This document shows, piece after piece, positions 20,686 through 32,225 of a stretch of DNA of 64,000 nt; within the stretch, counting starts at the first letter, position 1; every line of letters starts with the position of its first letter. This DNA comes from Candidatus Hydrothermarchaeum profundi (GTDB taxonomy: Archaea > Hydrothermarchaeota > Hydrothermarchaeia > Hydrothermarchaeales > Hydrothermarchaeaceae): assembly GCA_002011125.2 (NCBI GenBank), contig MTMF02000009.1, forward strand, positions 1,224,989 through 1,288,988. The letters run 5' to 3'. The notes under the pieces were generated by a model, which saw nothing but the letters and a program-made list of their open reading frames with translations, was not told the origin of the DNA and ran no database searches. Both the position numbers and the translations under genes were made by a program.

Positions 20686-21765
20686 TTAAGTTAAACTTTC
20701 TTTGAAGGATGAAATAATGAATCTAATATTCTCCTCTGAAACTGCTGGATGCACAGGTAAACTTAAAACCTCGCGAGAAGCTTTTTCAGCCTCCAATAGT
20801 TCGTCAGCATCATAAAGTCTTTCATATAGCTTTTGTCTATGAATTGGGATAGGATAATAGATGCCTGTTTCAACCCCTTTTTTTATTAACTTTTTAGAGA
20901 GTTCATCTCTGTTGGAAACACGTATAGTATACTGGTGGAAGACATGCCTAGCACGCGGTGATACGTGGGGGGGTACAAGCCCATCGATTTTTCCTAGTCC
21001 TTCTGTCAGTAAGTTAGCATTTTTAATTCTTTTCTCATTCATTCCATCAAGCTTCTTTAACTGCTCTATACCAATAGCAGCCGCGATATCGGTCATTCTG
21101 TAGTTATACCCTAAAGTTTCATGGTGATATCTTATCTTGGAGCCGTGTCCTCTAATCATCCTTGCCTTTTCAGCTATTTCTCTACTATCCGTGGTTATCA
21201 TTCCACCCTCGCCGGTAGTCATATTTTTAGTGGGATAAAAGCTGAAGGCGGCACAGTCTCCAAAGGAACCCACTTTCTTTCTGCCGTATTCAGCTCCATG
21301 CGCTTGGCAAGCGTCCTCAATTAGTAAGAGCCCATGATCTTGGCATATCTCCCTGAGCGCGTCCATCGCACATGGCTGACCGTATAGATGAACAGCGAGG
21401 ATGGCTTTGGTTTTACGGCTAATTTTTTCTTTTACTTCTTCTGGGTTAATATTGAATGTCTTAGGGTCTATGTCGGCAAATACTGGCTTGGCACCACAGT
21501 AAAGAATAGAATTAGCGGAAGCTATAAATGAAAAAGGAGTCGTAATCACTTCATCTTCATTCTTTATGCCCGTTGCCAATAGGGCGGTATGGAGGGCGGT
21601 GGTACCACTGCTAGTTGCGATAGCATATTTTGTACCGATATACCGAGCAAAGCTTGTCTCAAATTCTTCTACTTTTAAGCCTTGAGTAAGCATACCTGAG
21701 GATAGAACTTCTAGAACAGCTCTTTTCTCTTCTTCACCAATCATTGGTTTAGCAATAGGTATCAT
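20686..21765 (-). CDS. DegT/DnrJ/EryC1/StrS sugar aminotransferase (WbpE/GnnB-like)
   Basis: SSGTTAL, VHLYG, EDACQAHG, SFYPTKN (PLP lysine), GYNYRM. Confidence 0.93.
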   Translation of the reverse strand: MIPIAKPMIGEEEKRAVLEVLSSGMLTQGLKVEEFETSFARYIGTKYAIATSSGTTALHTALLATGIKNEDEVITTPFSFIASANSILYCGAKPVFADIDPKTFNINPEEVKEKISRKTKAILAVHLYGQPCAMDALREICQDHGLLLIEDACQAHGAEYGRKKVGSFGDCAAFSFYPTKNMTTGEGGMITTDSREIAEKARMIRGHGSKIRYHHETLGYNYRMTDIAAAIGIEQLKKLDGMNEKRIKNANLLTEGLGKIDGLVPPHVSPRARHVFHQYTIRVSNRDELSKKLIKKGVETGIYYPIPIHRQKLYERLYDADELLEAEKASREVLSLPVHPAVSEENIRFIISSFKESLT

Positions 21766-21838
21766 TTTAAAAGCACCGATAGAGTATTTTGCCTAGGAAT
21801 TTCAATTGCTTCATAAATTTTGTATATTATAGCCTTTC

Positions 21839-22504
21839 TTATGCACATGACTTCACCAATTCAATAAATTCTTTTAGATTCTTTATAATATAATCCGCGC
21901 CGCTCCTCCTAAGGTCTTCTTCGTTTGCTGTGCCTGTTAGAATCCCGGCGGTTATAACACCTGCTCTTTTCCCACTTATGATATCATAAGGATGATCGCC
22001 AAGTAAGATACATTCCTCTGGGTTTATCTTAAGTTTTCTCAGGGCCAAGTTTATGGGCTCTGGGTGGGGTTTTGTCTTCTCAGCATCCTCTCTTGCGATA
22101 ACGATATCGAAACTTAAATTATATTTTCTTACAGCATCGTTTACTACACTTCTACTTGTTCTTGAAACCACTCCGAGGGTATACCCTGACCTCCGTAGAT
22201 GATCTAAAGCTTCTCTTGCAAAAGGCAGGATTTCAGAACCTTCTAAGGCGAGCTTCTCCTCTTCTTCTAAAATCTGTATAGCTATTCTGTAAGTAGTTTC
22301 TGCTTCTCTCCTACCAAATCTTTCTGAGATTTTCTGTGTACTCTCCTCTATAGATTTGAGAACTGGTTTGAACTCTTTTTTAATGCCATATTTTTTATAA
22401 AACTCTCTAAGCCTTTCTCTGGTTTTTTCTGCATTAAAATTTAATTTTACAAGAGTTCCGTCCAAGTCAAAAAGAATCAGCTTAAAGCTTTTTTGCTTCT
22501 CCAT
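21839..22504 (-). CDS. HAD-superfamily phosphatase
   Basis: FDLDGTL, KPHPEP, LGDHPYDI. Confidence 0.9.
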   Translation of the reverse strand: MEKQKSFKLILFDLDGTLVKLNFNAEKTRERLREFYKKYGIKKEFKPVLKSIEESTQKISERFGRREAETTYRIAIQILEEEEKLALEGSEILPFAREALDHLRRSGYTLGVVSRTSRSVVNDAVRKYNLSFDIVIAREDAEKTKPHPEPINLALRKLKINPEECILLGDHPYDIISGKRAGVITAGILTGTANEEDLRRSGADYIIKNLKEFIELVKSCA

Positions 22505-23547
22505 TTCTCTCCCTTTACAAGTTTATGTCCTCCGTCTATCAGCCTAATCCAGTAAAGCCCTTCGGGAAGAGGATCGTATTTAGGTATACTAGGTAATTCT
22601 TCGTCATAGGCCAGTTTGATATAGATATAAGGCATGTTGACCCCGGCCTCTGAAAAGAAATTGCTTGTGGTAAAAAAGCGCCCAGCATTTATTTCAGTAA
22701 TACATGGAATTCCTTTAGAGTTCTCTTTCATATCAATACAGAAAACTCCATTAGCTTTGTTATCGATCGCCAATACAGCGTTGGTTGCGATTTCATTCAC
22801 ATCGCTTCTGTTTACCGTTCTAGCAACAGCTGGGCTTGAAGTTTGGCCACTAGGTGTGAGATGAGGAAAGATATATTCCAGTCTCTCCCTCGCCTGAGAT
22901 ACGATGAGTTCGCCATCTTTCCAAACGCTCTGAAAGGCGAATTCCCTCCCAGGCAGGTATTCAGCTAGCATGAAGTCGTTATAATCTAGACTATGCATTT
23001 TTTTCCAATAATCTATCCACATAACTGCATGAGAAACTTCTTTAACGGGCAGGCTAGCCTTCGCTCCAGCACCTTTTTTTGCCCTTAGCCATGCTTTCCT
23101 AGGATATACCTCAAGGAGCGTTTTTAAGGCCTTTGGGATTTCAGCCTCCCCGCTTAAATTAAAGGTATTAGGGACAGGGATATCGTTTTCTTTGAGAATC
23201 TCTGTCAAATGCATCTTGTCTTGGCAAATTCGCACTGTTTTTTTATCAGGAAGAAATGTTTTTGCTTTAATTCTTTCTCTATTTTCAGATATAGCTGCTA
23301 CTTCTACATCTGGTTGGGGATGTACAAATTCTATTTCCTCTAACTTGATAACCTCATTTAATGCTCTAATGTAGCTTGGGTCGTCAAACTTTGGAAGGAG
23401 GTATCTGGAATCTACATCTGATAACTCCAAGTGCCATTTGTTCACATCTCCCCCAGCAATATAGAATTTTTCTGAGGGGAGTCTAAGTGATTTTATAAAA
23501 TTAATCCCGGCAGGTCCTCCGGCTCCAGTTACAAATATTCTTTTCAT
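22477..23547 (-). CDS. ATP-grasp (CPS/PylC-like) ligase
   Basis: VTGAGG, CQDKMHL, GAGAK, EYLPGRE, ITEINAGRF. Confidence 0.85.
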   Translation of the reverse strand: MKRIFVTGAGGPAGINFIKSLRLPSEKFYIAGGDVNKWHLELSDVDSRYLLPKFDDPSYIRALNEVIKLEEIEFVHPQPDVEVAAISENRERIKAKTFLPDKKTVRICQDKMHLTEILKENDIPVPNTFNLSGEAEIPKALKTLLEVYPRKAWLRAKKGAGAKASLPVKEVSHAVMWIDYWKKMHSLDYNDFMLAEYLPGREFAFQSVWKDGELIVSQARERLEYIFPHLTPSGQTSSPAVARTVNRSDVNEIATNAVLAIDNKANGVFCIDMKENSKGIPCITEINAGRFFTTSNFFSEAGVNMPYIYIKLAYDEELPSIPKYDPLPEGLYWIRLIDGGHKLVKGEKWRSKKALS

Positions 23548-24533
23548 TTTCCAATTTTTATAGGTTTCATATTATAATGGGACTGGATAGCTGCTAACGC
23601 TACTTCTAAGGCAATTAAGCCGTCCTCGCCTGTGACCAGGGGTTCTTTGCCTTTCTCAATACAGTCGATAAAGTGTTTGAGTTCTATTTTAAGAGGTTCT
23701 TCTTTCTTTACACTTACAGTTATTTTTTTAGGTGTTCCGAATTTCCATATGAAATCTCCAAATGAGTCGTAACTCTTCTCATAAAAGCTCTCATAAATTC
23801 TTAGCTCCTGAGTTAAATAATTCAGCTCCGCATATCCCTTAGTACCTGTTACTGAAAGCTCTCTTATCTTAACCGGAGTGATCCAGTTTACTTGTACAAA
23901 ACAAGGTATCCCCTCATAATCGAGAGTTATTAGAGCATGATCCTCTCTTTGGACAAGAGCCTTGCCTGCTTTGGCATATACTTCATCTGGCCGCTTTTCT
24001 AGTATATAGTTGAATATATCTATATCGTGAACCGCAAGATCTAATATCACGTTAGCATCCTTTATTTGTGGAGGAAACACTCCAACCCTCCTCGCCATTA
24101 TGGAGGTTATCTCACCGATCTTTCTTTTTTTCATCAGCTTTTTAAGTCTAGTCACTGCTGGGTTAAATCTTTCAATATGCCCCACCATCACGGTTACTCC
24201 TTCCTTGCGGCTTTTTTCGATTATCTCCTTTGCACTTTTAATACCGTCTGCGATAGGCTTCTCTACGAGGATATGTTTACCGGATTCAATACACTTTAGT
24301 GAGATTTCTCTATGCAAGGAAGTGGGAGCGCAGATAGAAACTGCCTCTATATCCTCTATTTTCAACATTTCGGAGTAGTCTTGATAGAAATTGCATCCAA
24401 GCTTTTGCGAAAGGTCTTTTCCTTCTTTCTTAATATCGGAGATAGCTACTAAATGTGCTCCTTTTATTTCAGTATAAACCCTAGCATGGTTTCTCCCCAT
24501 ATTGCCTATCCCTATAACACCAACATTTACCAT
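23544..24533 (-). CDS. Gfo/Idh/MocA UDP-GlcNAc(A) 3-dehydrogenase (WbpB/GnnA-like)
   Basis: GIGNMGRNH, VEKP, GHIERFNPA, DLAVHDID, WITPVKIR. Confidence 0.88.
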   Translation of the reverse strand: MVNVGVIGIGNMGRNHARVYTEIKGAHLVAISDIKKEGKDLSQKLGCNFYQDYSEMLKIEDIEAVSICAPTSLHREISLKCIESGKHILVEKPIADGIKSAKEIIEKSRKEGVTVMVGHIERFNPAVTRLKKLMKKRKIGEITSIMARRVGVFPPQIKDANVILDLAVHDIDIFNYILEKRPDEVYAKAGKALVQREDHALITLDYEGIPCFVQVNWITPVKIRELSVTGTKGYAELNYLTQELRIYESFYEKSYDSFGDFIWKFGTPKKITVSVKKEEPLKIELKHFIDCIEKGKEPLVTGEDGLIALEVALAAIQSHYNMKPIKIGK

Positions 24534-24534
24534 T

Positions 24535-25545
24535 TTAGACCCTCGGTGGATAATCCCAGAATTTCTTGTTAGTTGAATACCACTCTATCTCTTCTCTAAC
24601 TCCTTTATCAACCGAGATTTTAGGCGAGAATCCTATTTTGCTGGCTTTCTTTATATCTAAGACGAAGTCGCGTAGCTCTCCAATAAGTCTCCTTCTTCCT
24701 TTCTGATATTTACTCGCAGTACCGGGCTTTGGGTCATCGTATATGGGTCGCAGGTCAGATTCATAGGTCTTAAGCACGATTTCTGCAAGTTCTTTTATCG
24801 AAGTGCCTACTCCACTTCCAATATTAAAATAATCTCCATCTCCCTTTCTTTTCTTCATAAAAATAAGGTTAGCATCTACCGCATCGCTAATATACACATA
24901 ATCTCTGGTTTGAAGGCCATCCCCAAATATCACCGGGGGCAGTCCCTCAGATACTCTTTTTATGAAAAGCGTAAGAACTCTTCCATACCATTCTCTCGGA
25001 CCATAAACAATACTATACCTTAGGCTAACTGTAGGAAGCCCATAGAGCTGTGATGCCATAGTACAGTATCTCTCTCCAGCAAGCTTGCTAACGCCATAAG
25101 GCCACTGTGGAATTGTTGGATGTTCTTCGTCTTCCGGAAGATATTTAGCTGGCCCGTAAACCCCTCCTGACGATGCGTAAATTAATTTTAAAACATCGTT
25201 TTCTAAGCATGCCTTAACAACATTTAATGTTCCTTCGATGTTTGTCCTTAAATCATGAGTGGGGTCTTCTATCCCTGTGAATACCTCCAGTTCTGCAGCG
25301 TGGTGGGATACTAAGTCAACTCCTTCAATGCTCCTCTTGAGTAAATCATAGTCTAGGATATCTCCCTCTATAATCGTAACCCTGCCAGACTTTTCAGCAT
25401 CTTTGAGATTTTCTCTATTCCCCGTGCAAAAATTATCATAAACGATAACTTCTTCGGCTCCTTCCTTAACGAAACGATCCACTAAATGGGAGCCTATAAA
25501 GCCTGCGCCTCCTGTAATCAAAATCCTCTTATTACTAAGCATCAC
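24535..25545 (-). CDS. NAD-dependent sugar epimerase/dehydratase
   Basis: TGGAGFIGSH, YASSGGVYG, YGVSK, RDYVYISD. Confidence 0.9.
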   Translation of the reverse strand: MMLSNKRILITGGAGFIGSHLVDRFVKEGAEEVIVYDNFCTGNRENLKDAEKSGRVTIIEGDILDYDLLKRSIEGVDLVSHHAAELEVFTGIEDPTHDLRTNIEGTLNVVKACLENDVLKLIYASSGGVYGPAKYLPEDEEHPTIPQWPYGVSKLAGERYCTMASQLYGLPTVSLRYSIVYGPREWYGRVLTLFIKRVSEGLPPVIFGDGLQTRDYVYISDAVDANLIFMKKRKGDGDYFNIGSGVGTSIKELAEIVLKTYESDLRPIYDDPKPGTASKYQKGRRRLIGELRDFVLDIKKASKIGFSPKISVDKGVREEIEWYSTNKKFWDYPPRV

Positions 25546-25552
25546 ATCACTC

Positions 25553-26569
25553 TCAAAGCATGAAAAGATATACGAGTAGCATTATAATGATTTCTACTCC
25601 AAAAAGGAAATAAGTGACTTCCTTCTCATAACATTTACCTTTAATCTTTTTTACACTCCACAAAGCAAGGTGTTCCATACCATAAATATGAGGATAGGGA
25701 AGCTCTAAGGTTCCATCTTTATTTGGCTTTCCAAACGCTTCTGTTTTGAAAGTTTGCTCCTTAGAGAGGAAAGGGCTTACTGCGGGAATAATAAAGTCTA
25801 TAAAGTAGGGTATAAAGAGAATAACTGCTATCTTCTCAAGGTTTCCGAGGATAGCAACGCATGCGATCAAAGCTCCTACGGAATAGCTCAAGGAGTCGCC
25901 AGGGAATATCTTGGCGGGATACCAGTTGTACTTTAAAAATGCTAGGAGAGAGAAAGCCATAGCTAAAGCAAGCATTGCTACCCAGCCGCTATCTGTCTGC
26001 CAAGCAGCGAATCCAAGAAACCCAAGGATAAGCACACCCATTCCCCCTTCCAACCCATTATATCCAGCAAGAATATTGAAGCCATTAGCAGCTCCAGCAA
26101 TCCCAAAGGGGATTACTATCAGTGGATACAATACCCCGAAGTCTACATTACCTACTATCGGTAGAACCATGCTGGATTCACCTGCGTTTACCACCATCAT
26201 AGGAAAAGCAGCAACTAAAGTAAGCAGGGGCTTCTGCCATTGCTTAAGACCTTTTTTCCATCCTAATATGTCATCCAGCATTCCTACAATCATAATAATC
26301 ATGCATGAAGAAATAGCAGCGAGAATATACAGATTATACGTAGTAGACTTAAAGTAAAAGGTATTCAAGGCGATATAAACGAAGACACCCGCAAGAAAAC
26401 CGGCATTTACTGGAAGACCTCCCATCTCTGCTACTACTGGGTTGTCATACTTATTCATATCCTTACCAGTAATCCCATTCTGGTGGGCAATATTTATCCA
26501 CTTAGGAGTGAGAAGATATGTTACTACAAAGCTTATTCCAAGACTGACGAATAATAAGACATCTACCAT
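25553..26569 (-). CDS. aglH: UDP-GlcNAc:dolichyl-phosphate GlcNAc-1-P transferase (AglH/GPT, MraY family)
   Basis: GKDMNK, EMGG, GMLDD, NGFNILAGYNGLE, NWYPAKIFPGDS; polytopic. Confidence 0.85.
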   Translation of the reverse strand: MVDVLLFVSLGISFVVTYLLTPKWINIAHQNGITGKDMNKYDNPVVAEMGGLPVNAGFLAGVFVYIALNTFYFKSTTYNLYILAAISSCMIIMIVGMLDDILGWKKGLKQWQKPLLTLVAAFPMMVVNAGESSMVLPIVGNVDFGVLYPLIVIPFGIAGAANGFNILAGYNGLEGGMGVLILGFLGFAAWQTDSGWVAMLALAMAFSLLAFLKYNWYPAKIFPGDSLSYSVGALIACVAILGNLEKIAVILFIPYFIDFIIPAVSPFLSKEQTFKTEAFGKPNKDGTLELPYPHIYGMEHLALWSVKKIKGKCYEKEVTYFLFGVEIIIMLLVYLFML

Positions 26570-26761
26570 ATCAACATCCCAATTTACCTAAGGTTTGTTT
26601 AAGGAAATCCGATTACATTCGAAGTTGTCATTAGTACTGCCTTTTTATTAAACTCTTACTTACGCGAATTAAGTTTTTTTTACATTATGATATAAATTTG
26701 GTGTAACAGCGAACTGTCAAGTTGTCTTTGTTCGAGCCTATCTGTGAATTAGCCTGAAGTA

Positions 26762-26835
26762 TGCCCCTGCCGGGATTCGAACCCGGGCCTAGAGCTCCGC
26801 AAGCTCCCATTCTATCCAGACTATACTACAGGGGC
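26762..26835 (-). tRNA. tRNA-Arg(GCG), intronless, CCA not encoded
   Basis: Reverse complement GCCCCTG-TA-GTATAGTCTGGATAGAAT-G-GGAGC-TTGCGGA-GCTCT-AGGC-CCGGG-TTCGAAT-CCCGG-CAGGGGC-A folds as a cloverleaf with anticodon GCG. Confidence 0.93.
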
Positions 26836-26871
26836 CTTACTTTTCTTAATTAAATAGCATTTGAATAGAGG

Positions 26872-27657
26872 TTAGTATGATAAAAACCTCCTTAATTCTT
26901 CCATATTTTTAAGTTTTTCATAGCTAGTAAAATCTAATTTGAGAGGCGTTATTGAGATACGTCCTTCCACTCTAACTGCATGTACATCTGTTCCTTCTTC
27001 TGCGTCATATATAGGGTCCCCATCAATCCAGTAATATACCCTACCTCGGGGGTCATGTCGCTTTTGAACTCTAGTAGTATACATTCTCTTCGCGAGATGG
27101 GTGATTTTTACTTCTTTATTTTTAACTTCTTCTGGCACATTTACATTTAATAGGTCAACTCCCTCAGGTAGACCTTTATCCAGCACGTAGGTCCCTATCT
27201 TCTTCAGAATATCCTGAGCTTCCTTAAAATCTATTTTTGGTTCAGTTGAACCATAGACCTTGTTTTTTGCATGTACTGATATCGCAATAGAGGGAACTCC
27301 TTGGCTAGCGCCTTCAAGTGCAGCCCCTACAGTACCGGAAGTAGTTGCCTCTGAGCTCATGTTTTCTCCTATATTTATACCAGATATAATCAGGTCAGGC
27401 TTGCTTTTTATGATGCCGTAGATTCCAACTATAACTGCGTCTACCGGTGTTCCGTCTATCGAGTAGGCTTCAACTCCTTCTACTTCTCCTTTAGTAATGC
27501 CCACCGGCGAGAAGAGGGATATAGATCTACCGACTCCACTCCGCTGCATAGCCGGGGCAACAACGACAACTTCCCCTAGCGCTTTTGCAGCATTCACAGC
27601 AGACTTGATTCCAGAAGAGCTTATGCCGTCATCATTTACTATTAAGATTCTTTTCAT
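26872..27657 (-). CDS. surE: 5'/3'-nucleotidase SurE
   Basis: ILIVNDDG, VVAPAMQRSG, GTPVD, SGINIGEN, SGTVGAA; likely start ATG 27657. Confidence 0.95.
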   Translation of the reverse strand: MKRILIVNDDGISSSGIKSAVNAAKALGEVVVVAPAMQRSGVGRSISLFSPVGITKGEVEGVEAYSIDGTPVDAVIVGIYGIIKSKPDLIISGINIGENMSSEATTSGTVGAALEGASQGVPSIAISVHAKNKVYGSTEPKIDFKEAQDILKKIGTYVLDKGLPEGVDLLNVNVPEEVKNKEVKITHLAKRMYTTRVQKRHDPRGRVYYWIDGDPIYDAEEGTDVHAVRVEGRISITPLKLDFTSYEKLKNMEELRRFLSY

Positions 27658-27741
27658 CTTTCGTTGCCTTTTTAACATTAAAAGGATATTTCTTTATTCA
27701 AACACGCATCATTTAAATATTCCTCGCATATATTTAGTGGC

Positions 27742-28806
27742 ATGATAGGAGCTAGGAAACTTGAGCATATTGAAATTTCTCTCGAGAGAGATGTCCAGAG
27801 CAAGGTAACCACTGGATTTGAGGATATAACATTAATCCATAGGGCCTTGCCTGAAATAGATAAAGATGAAATAGACCTCACAATTGATTTCTTTGGAAAA
27901 AAAATAAATGCTCCAATTTTAATCGCAGGTATGACTGGAGGACATGAAAAAGCTTTAAAAATAAATGAAAACCTCGCTAAAGCAGCGCAGGAATTGAATA
28001 TCCCAATGGGAGTAGGAAGTCAACGGGCTGCTATAGAGGACAAAAGCCTTTCCACAACTTATTCAATCGCTAGAAAGGTAGCGCCTGACGCATTTTTGAT
28101 AGCAAATCTTGGCGCAGCACAGTTCACAGAGGAATATAGTATAAAGGAGGCTGAGGAGGCAGTTAAGATGATAATGGCGGATGCCCTTGCAATACATTTT
28201 AATCCACTTCAAGAGGCGGTGATGTCTGAAGGTGATGTTAGGTTTAAGGGTTGCCTTAGCGGACTAGAGAATCTGAAGGATATAGGCGTACCATTAATAG
28301 CCAAAGAAACGGGCGCTGGCATTGCAAGAGAAGAAGCCAAATTATTCGAAAATATAGGTTTTTCGGGGATAGATGTTGGGGGCCTTGGGGGCACCTCTTT
28401 TTCTGCCGTGGAGTATTATAGGAATAAAGGAAGCTTAGGGAAAACCTTTTGGGATTGGGGTATCCCTACCGCTGTTTCTACCCTTGAATGCGTAGAATAT
28501 ACTAATTTGTCGGTAATTTCCACAGGGGGTATACGAAATGGTATACAAGTGGCTAAGGCTCTGGCCCTTGGTGCGACTGCATGCGGTATAGCAATGCCTC
28601 TCTTATCGAAAGCAATCAAAGGTTCGGATAGGGTTGTTTCAGAGCTTCAAAGAATAATAAATGAACTAAAGACTGCTATGTTCCTGGTTGGAGCGAGTAC
28701 TGTAGAAGAGCTTAGGAAGTCGGAGCTTATTATAAGGGGTAAGACGAGAGAATGGCTTGAGGAGAGGGGTATTAACTGCAAAAAGTTCGCTAATAGGAGA
28801 GATTGA
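27742..28806 (+). CDS. fni: Type 2 isopentenyl-diphosphate isomerase
   Basis: RKLEHI, GMTGG, GVGSQR, NPLQE, KETGAG, GGTSF, WGIPT. Confidence 0.96.
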   Translation: MIGARKLEHIEISLERDVQSKVTTGFEDITLIHRALPEIDKDEIDLTIDFFGKKINAPILIAGMTGGHEKALKINENLAKAAQELNIPMGVGSQRAAIEDKSLSTTYSIARKVAPDAFLIANLGAAQFTEEYSIKEAEEAVKMIMADALAIHFNPLQEAVMSEGDVRFKGCLSGLENLKDIGVPLIAKETGAGIAREEAKLFENIGFSGIDVGGLGGTSFSAVEYYRNKGSLGKTFWDWGIPTAVSTLECVEYTNLSVISTGGIRNGIQVAKALALGATACGIAMPLLSKAIKGSDRVVSELQRIINELKTAMFLVGASTVEELRKSELIIRGKTREWLEERGINCKKFANRRD

Positions 28807-30122
28807 ATATGAAGGTAGTAGCTGTCGGGGGGTATGATGAAGTAGGTAGAAATATGACCGCGGTAAACATTGATGGGGATACCTTCATCTTTGACATGGG
28901 TATAAGATTGGATAGAGTTTTGGTTCATGAGGACACTGATATCTCTAAAATGGATCCAATAGAGCTTAGCTCGAGGGGGATCATACCAAATACTTCAGTG
29001 GTAAAAGGGGATATTAAAGCAATAATACTCTCCCATGGGCACTTGGATCACATAGGTGCAGTCAGTAGGTTAGCTGCAAATTATCCTGCAGCACCCCTTA
29101 TAGGAACACCATATACGATAGAACTTATAAAACATGAAATGAAGTACTCTGGTGGGCTTCCGAATCAATTGGTCACGCTTGAGGGAGGGGAAACTTTACA
29201 GGTTTCACAAAAGGTAACACTAGAGTTTATAAGAGCTACTCATTCTATCCCTCAGACTGTACTGTGTGCACTACATACCCCGGAGGGGATCATACTCTAT
29301 GCAAATGATTTCAAGCTTGATGATACCCCGACTTTGGGTGATGGACCAGACTACAAGAGGATTAAAGAATTAGGGAAGGAGGGAGTTAAAGCCCTTATCG
29401 TAGAAACAGTCAGAGCTGAAAGAGATGGAAGGACGCCTTCAGAAGCGGTAGCACAGAAGCTATTAGAAGAGAATCTTCTAAAAAGTGATCCTGAAAGAGG
29501 GATGATCGTTACTACATTTTCATCTCACGTTGCAAGGATAGCTGGAATAGTTGAGATAGCTAGTAGAATGGGAATAACTCCTATCCTTCTAGGCAGGTCC
29601 ATGCAGAAATACTCTACTATCGCGGAAAGCCTTAAACTAGTTGAGTTTCCAAAGGATACTCGCATATATGGGGATAAGAAAGCTATCACCAAGGCTTTAA
29701 AAAAAGTGATGAAGGATGGGAAAGAGAAGTTCTTACCCATAGTTACGGGGCATCAGGGAGAGCCAGATGCTCTTTTAACGAAGATAGCTAATAGGAGTAC
29801 ACCATATACTATTGAAAAAGGGGATCAAATAATTTTTTCTTCCGATGTAATACCTAACCCAATTAACGCAGCAAATAGATACGCATTAGAGACTAAGCTA
29901 AAGTGGCAGGGTGCTAGGCTTTTTAAGAATACGCATGTCTCAGGGCACTCGTCTAAAGAAGATCACAGGGATATGCTTAATATGCTTCAACCAGAGAATA
30001 TTATACCCTGTCATGGAGATTTGAAACTAATCTCGGGATACGTAGAACTGGCGGAGGAACTAGGCTATTCAATAGACAAGGATATATTCATAAGGAGAAA
30101 TGGACAAAAGGTGGTCTTATAA
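28803..30122 (+). CDS. rnj: Ribonuclease J (beta-CASP)
   Basis: [38 protein letters not shown]. Confidence 0.93.
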   Translation: MNMKVVAVGGYDEVGRNMTAVNIDGDTFIFDMGIRLDRVLVHEDTDISKMDPIELSSRGIIPNTSVVKGDIKAIILSHGHLDHIGAVSRLAANYPAAPLIGTPYTIELIKHEMKYSGGLPNQLVTLEGGETLQVSQKVTLEFIRATHSIPQTVLCALHTPEGIILYANDFKLDDTPTLGDGPDYKRIKELGKEGVKALIVETVRAERDGRTPSEAVAQKLLEENLLKSDPERGMIVTTFSSHVARIAGIVEIASRMGITPILLGRSMQKYSTIAESLKLVEFPKDTRIYGDKKAITKALKKVMKDGKEKFLPIVTGHQGEPDALLTKIANRSTPYTIEKGDQIIFSSDVIPNPINAANRYALETKLKWQGARLFKNTHVSGHSSKEDHRDMLNMLQPENIIPCHGDLKLISGYVELAEELGYSIDKDIFIRRNGQKVVL

Positions 30123-30537
30123 GCCTCGATATTTTTTGAGCTTATCTCTCAATTCTCCGTTTTCTACTGCTAAGATTTCTAGGGCTAGGAGTGCTGCGTT
30201 TTTTGGATTGTCTATCCCTACTGTTGCCACGGGGACGCCAGGTGGCATTTGAACCATAGAAAGTAGAGAGTCTATACCACAAAGCTTAACATTCCTTGGA
30301 AGACCTATAACAGGTTTAACTGTATGGGATGCAATAGCTCCGGGGAGTGCAGCACTTAGACCAGCAATTCCAATAAATACCTTAGCATCAGAGTTTCTTA
30401 CGATTTCCTTAACTTTATCAGGCGATCTATGAGCAGATGCGATAAATGATTCATAGCTAACTCCGAACTCCTTAAATACTGCCTCTACCTTCATAGCAAG
30501 CTCTGAGTCAGATTCGCTCCCTGAAATAATCACTACG

Positions 30538-30545
<8 letters not shown>
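30117..30545 (-). CDS. purE: N5-CAIR mutase / AIR carboxylase
   Basis: [37 protein letters not shown]. Confidence 0.95.
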
Positions 30546-32213
<1,668 letters not shown>

Positions 32214-32225
32214 TGTTTTAATATT

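Noticed and set aside
27742-30122. fni-rnj adjacency
   Set aside because: Known conserved archaeal gene order
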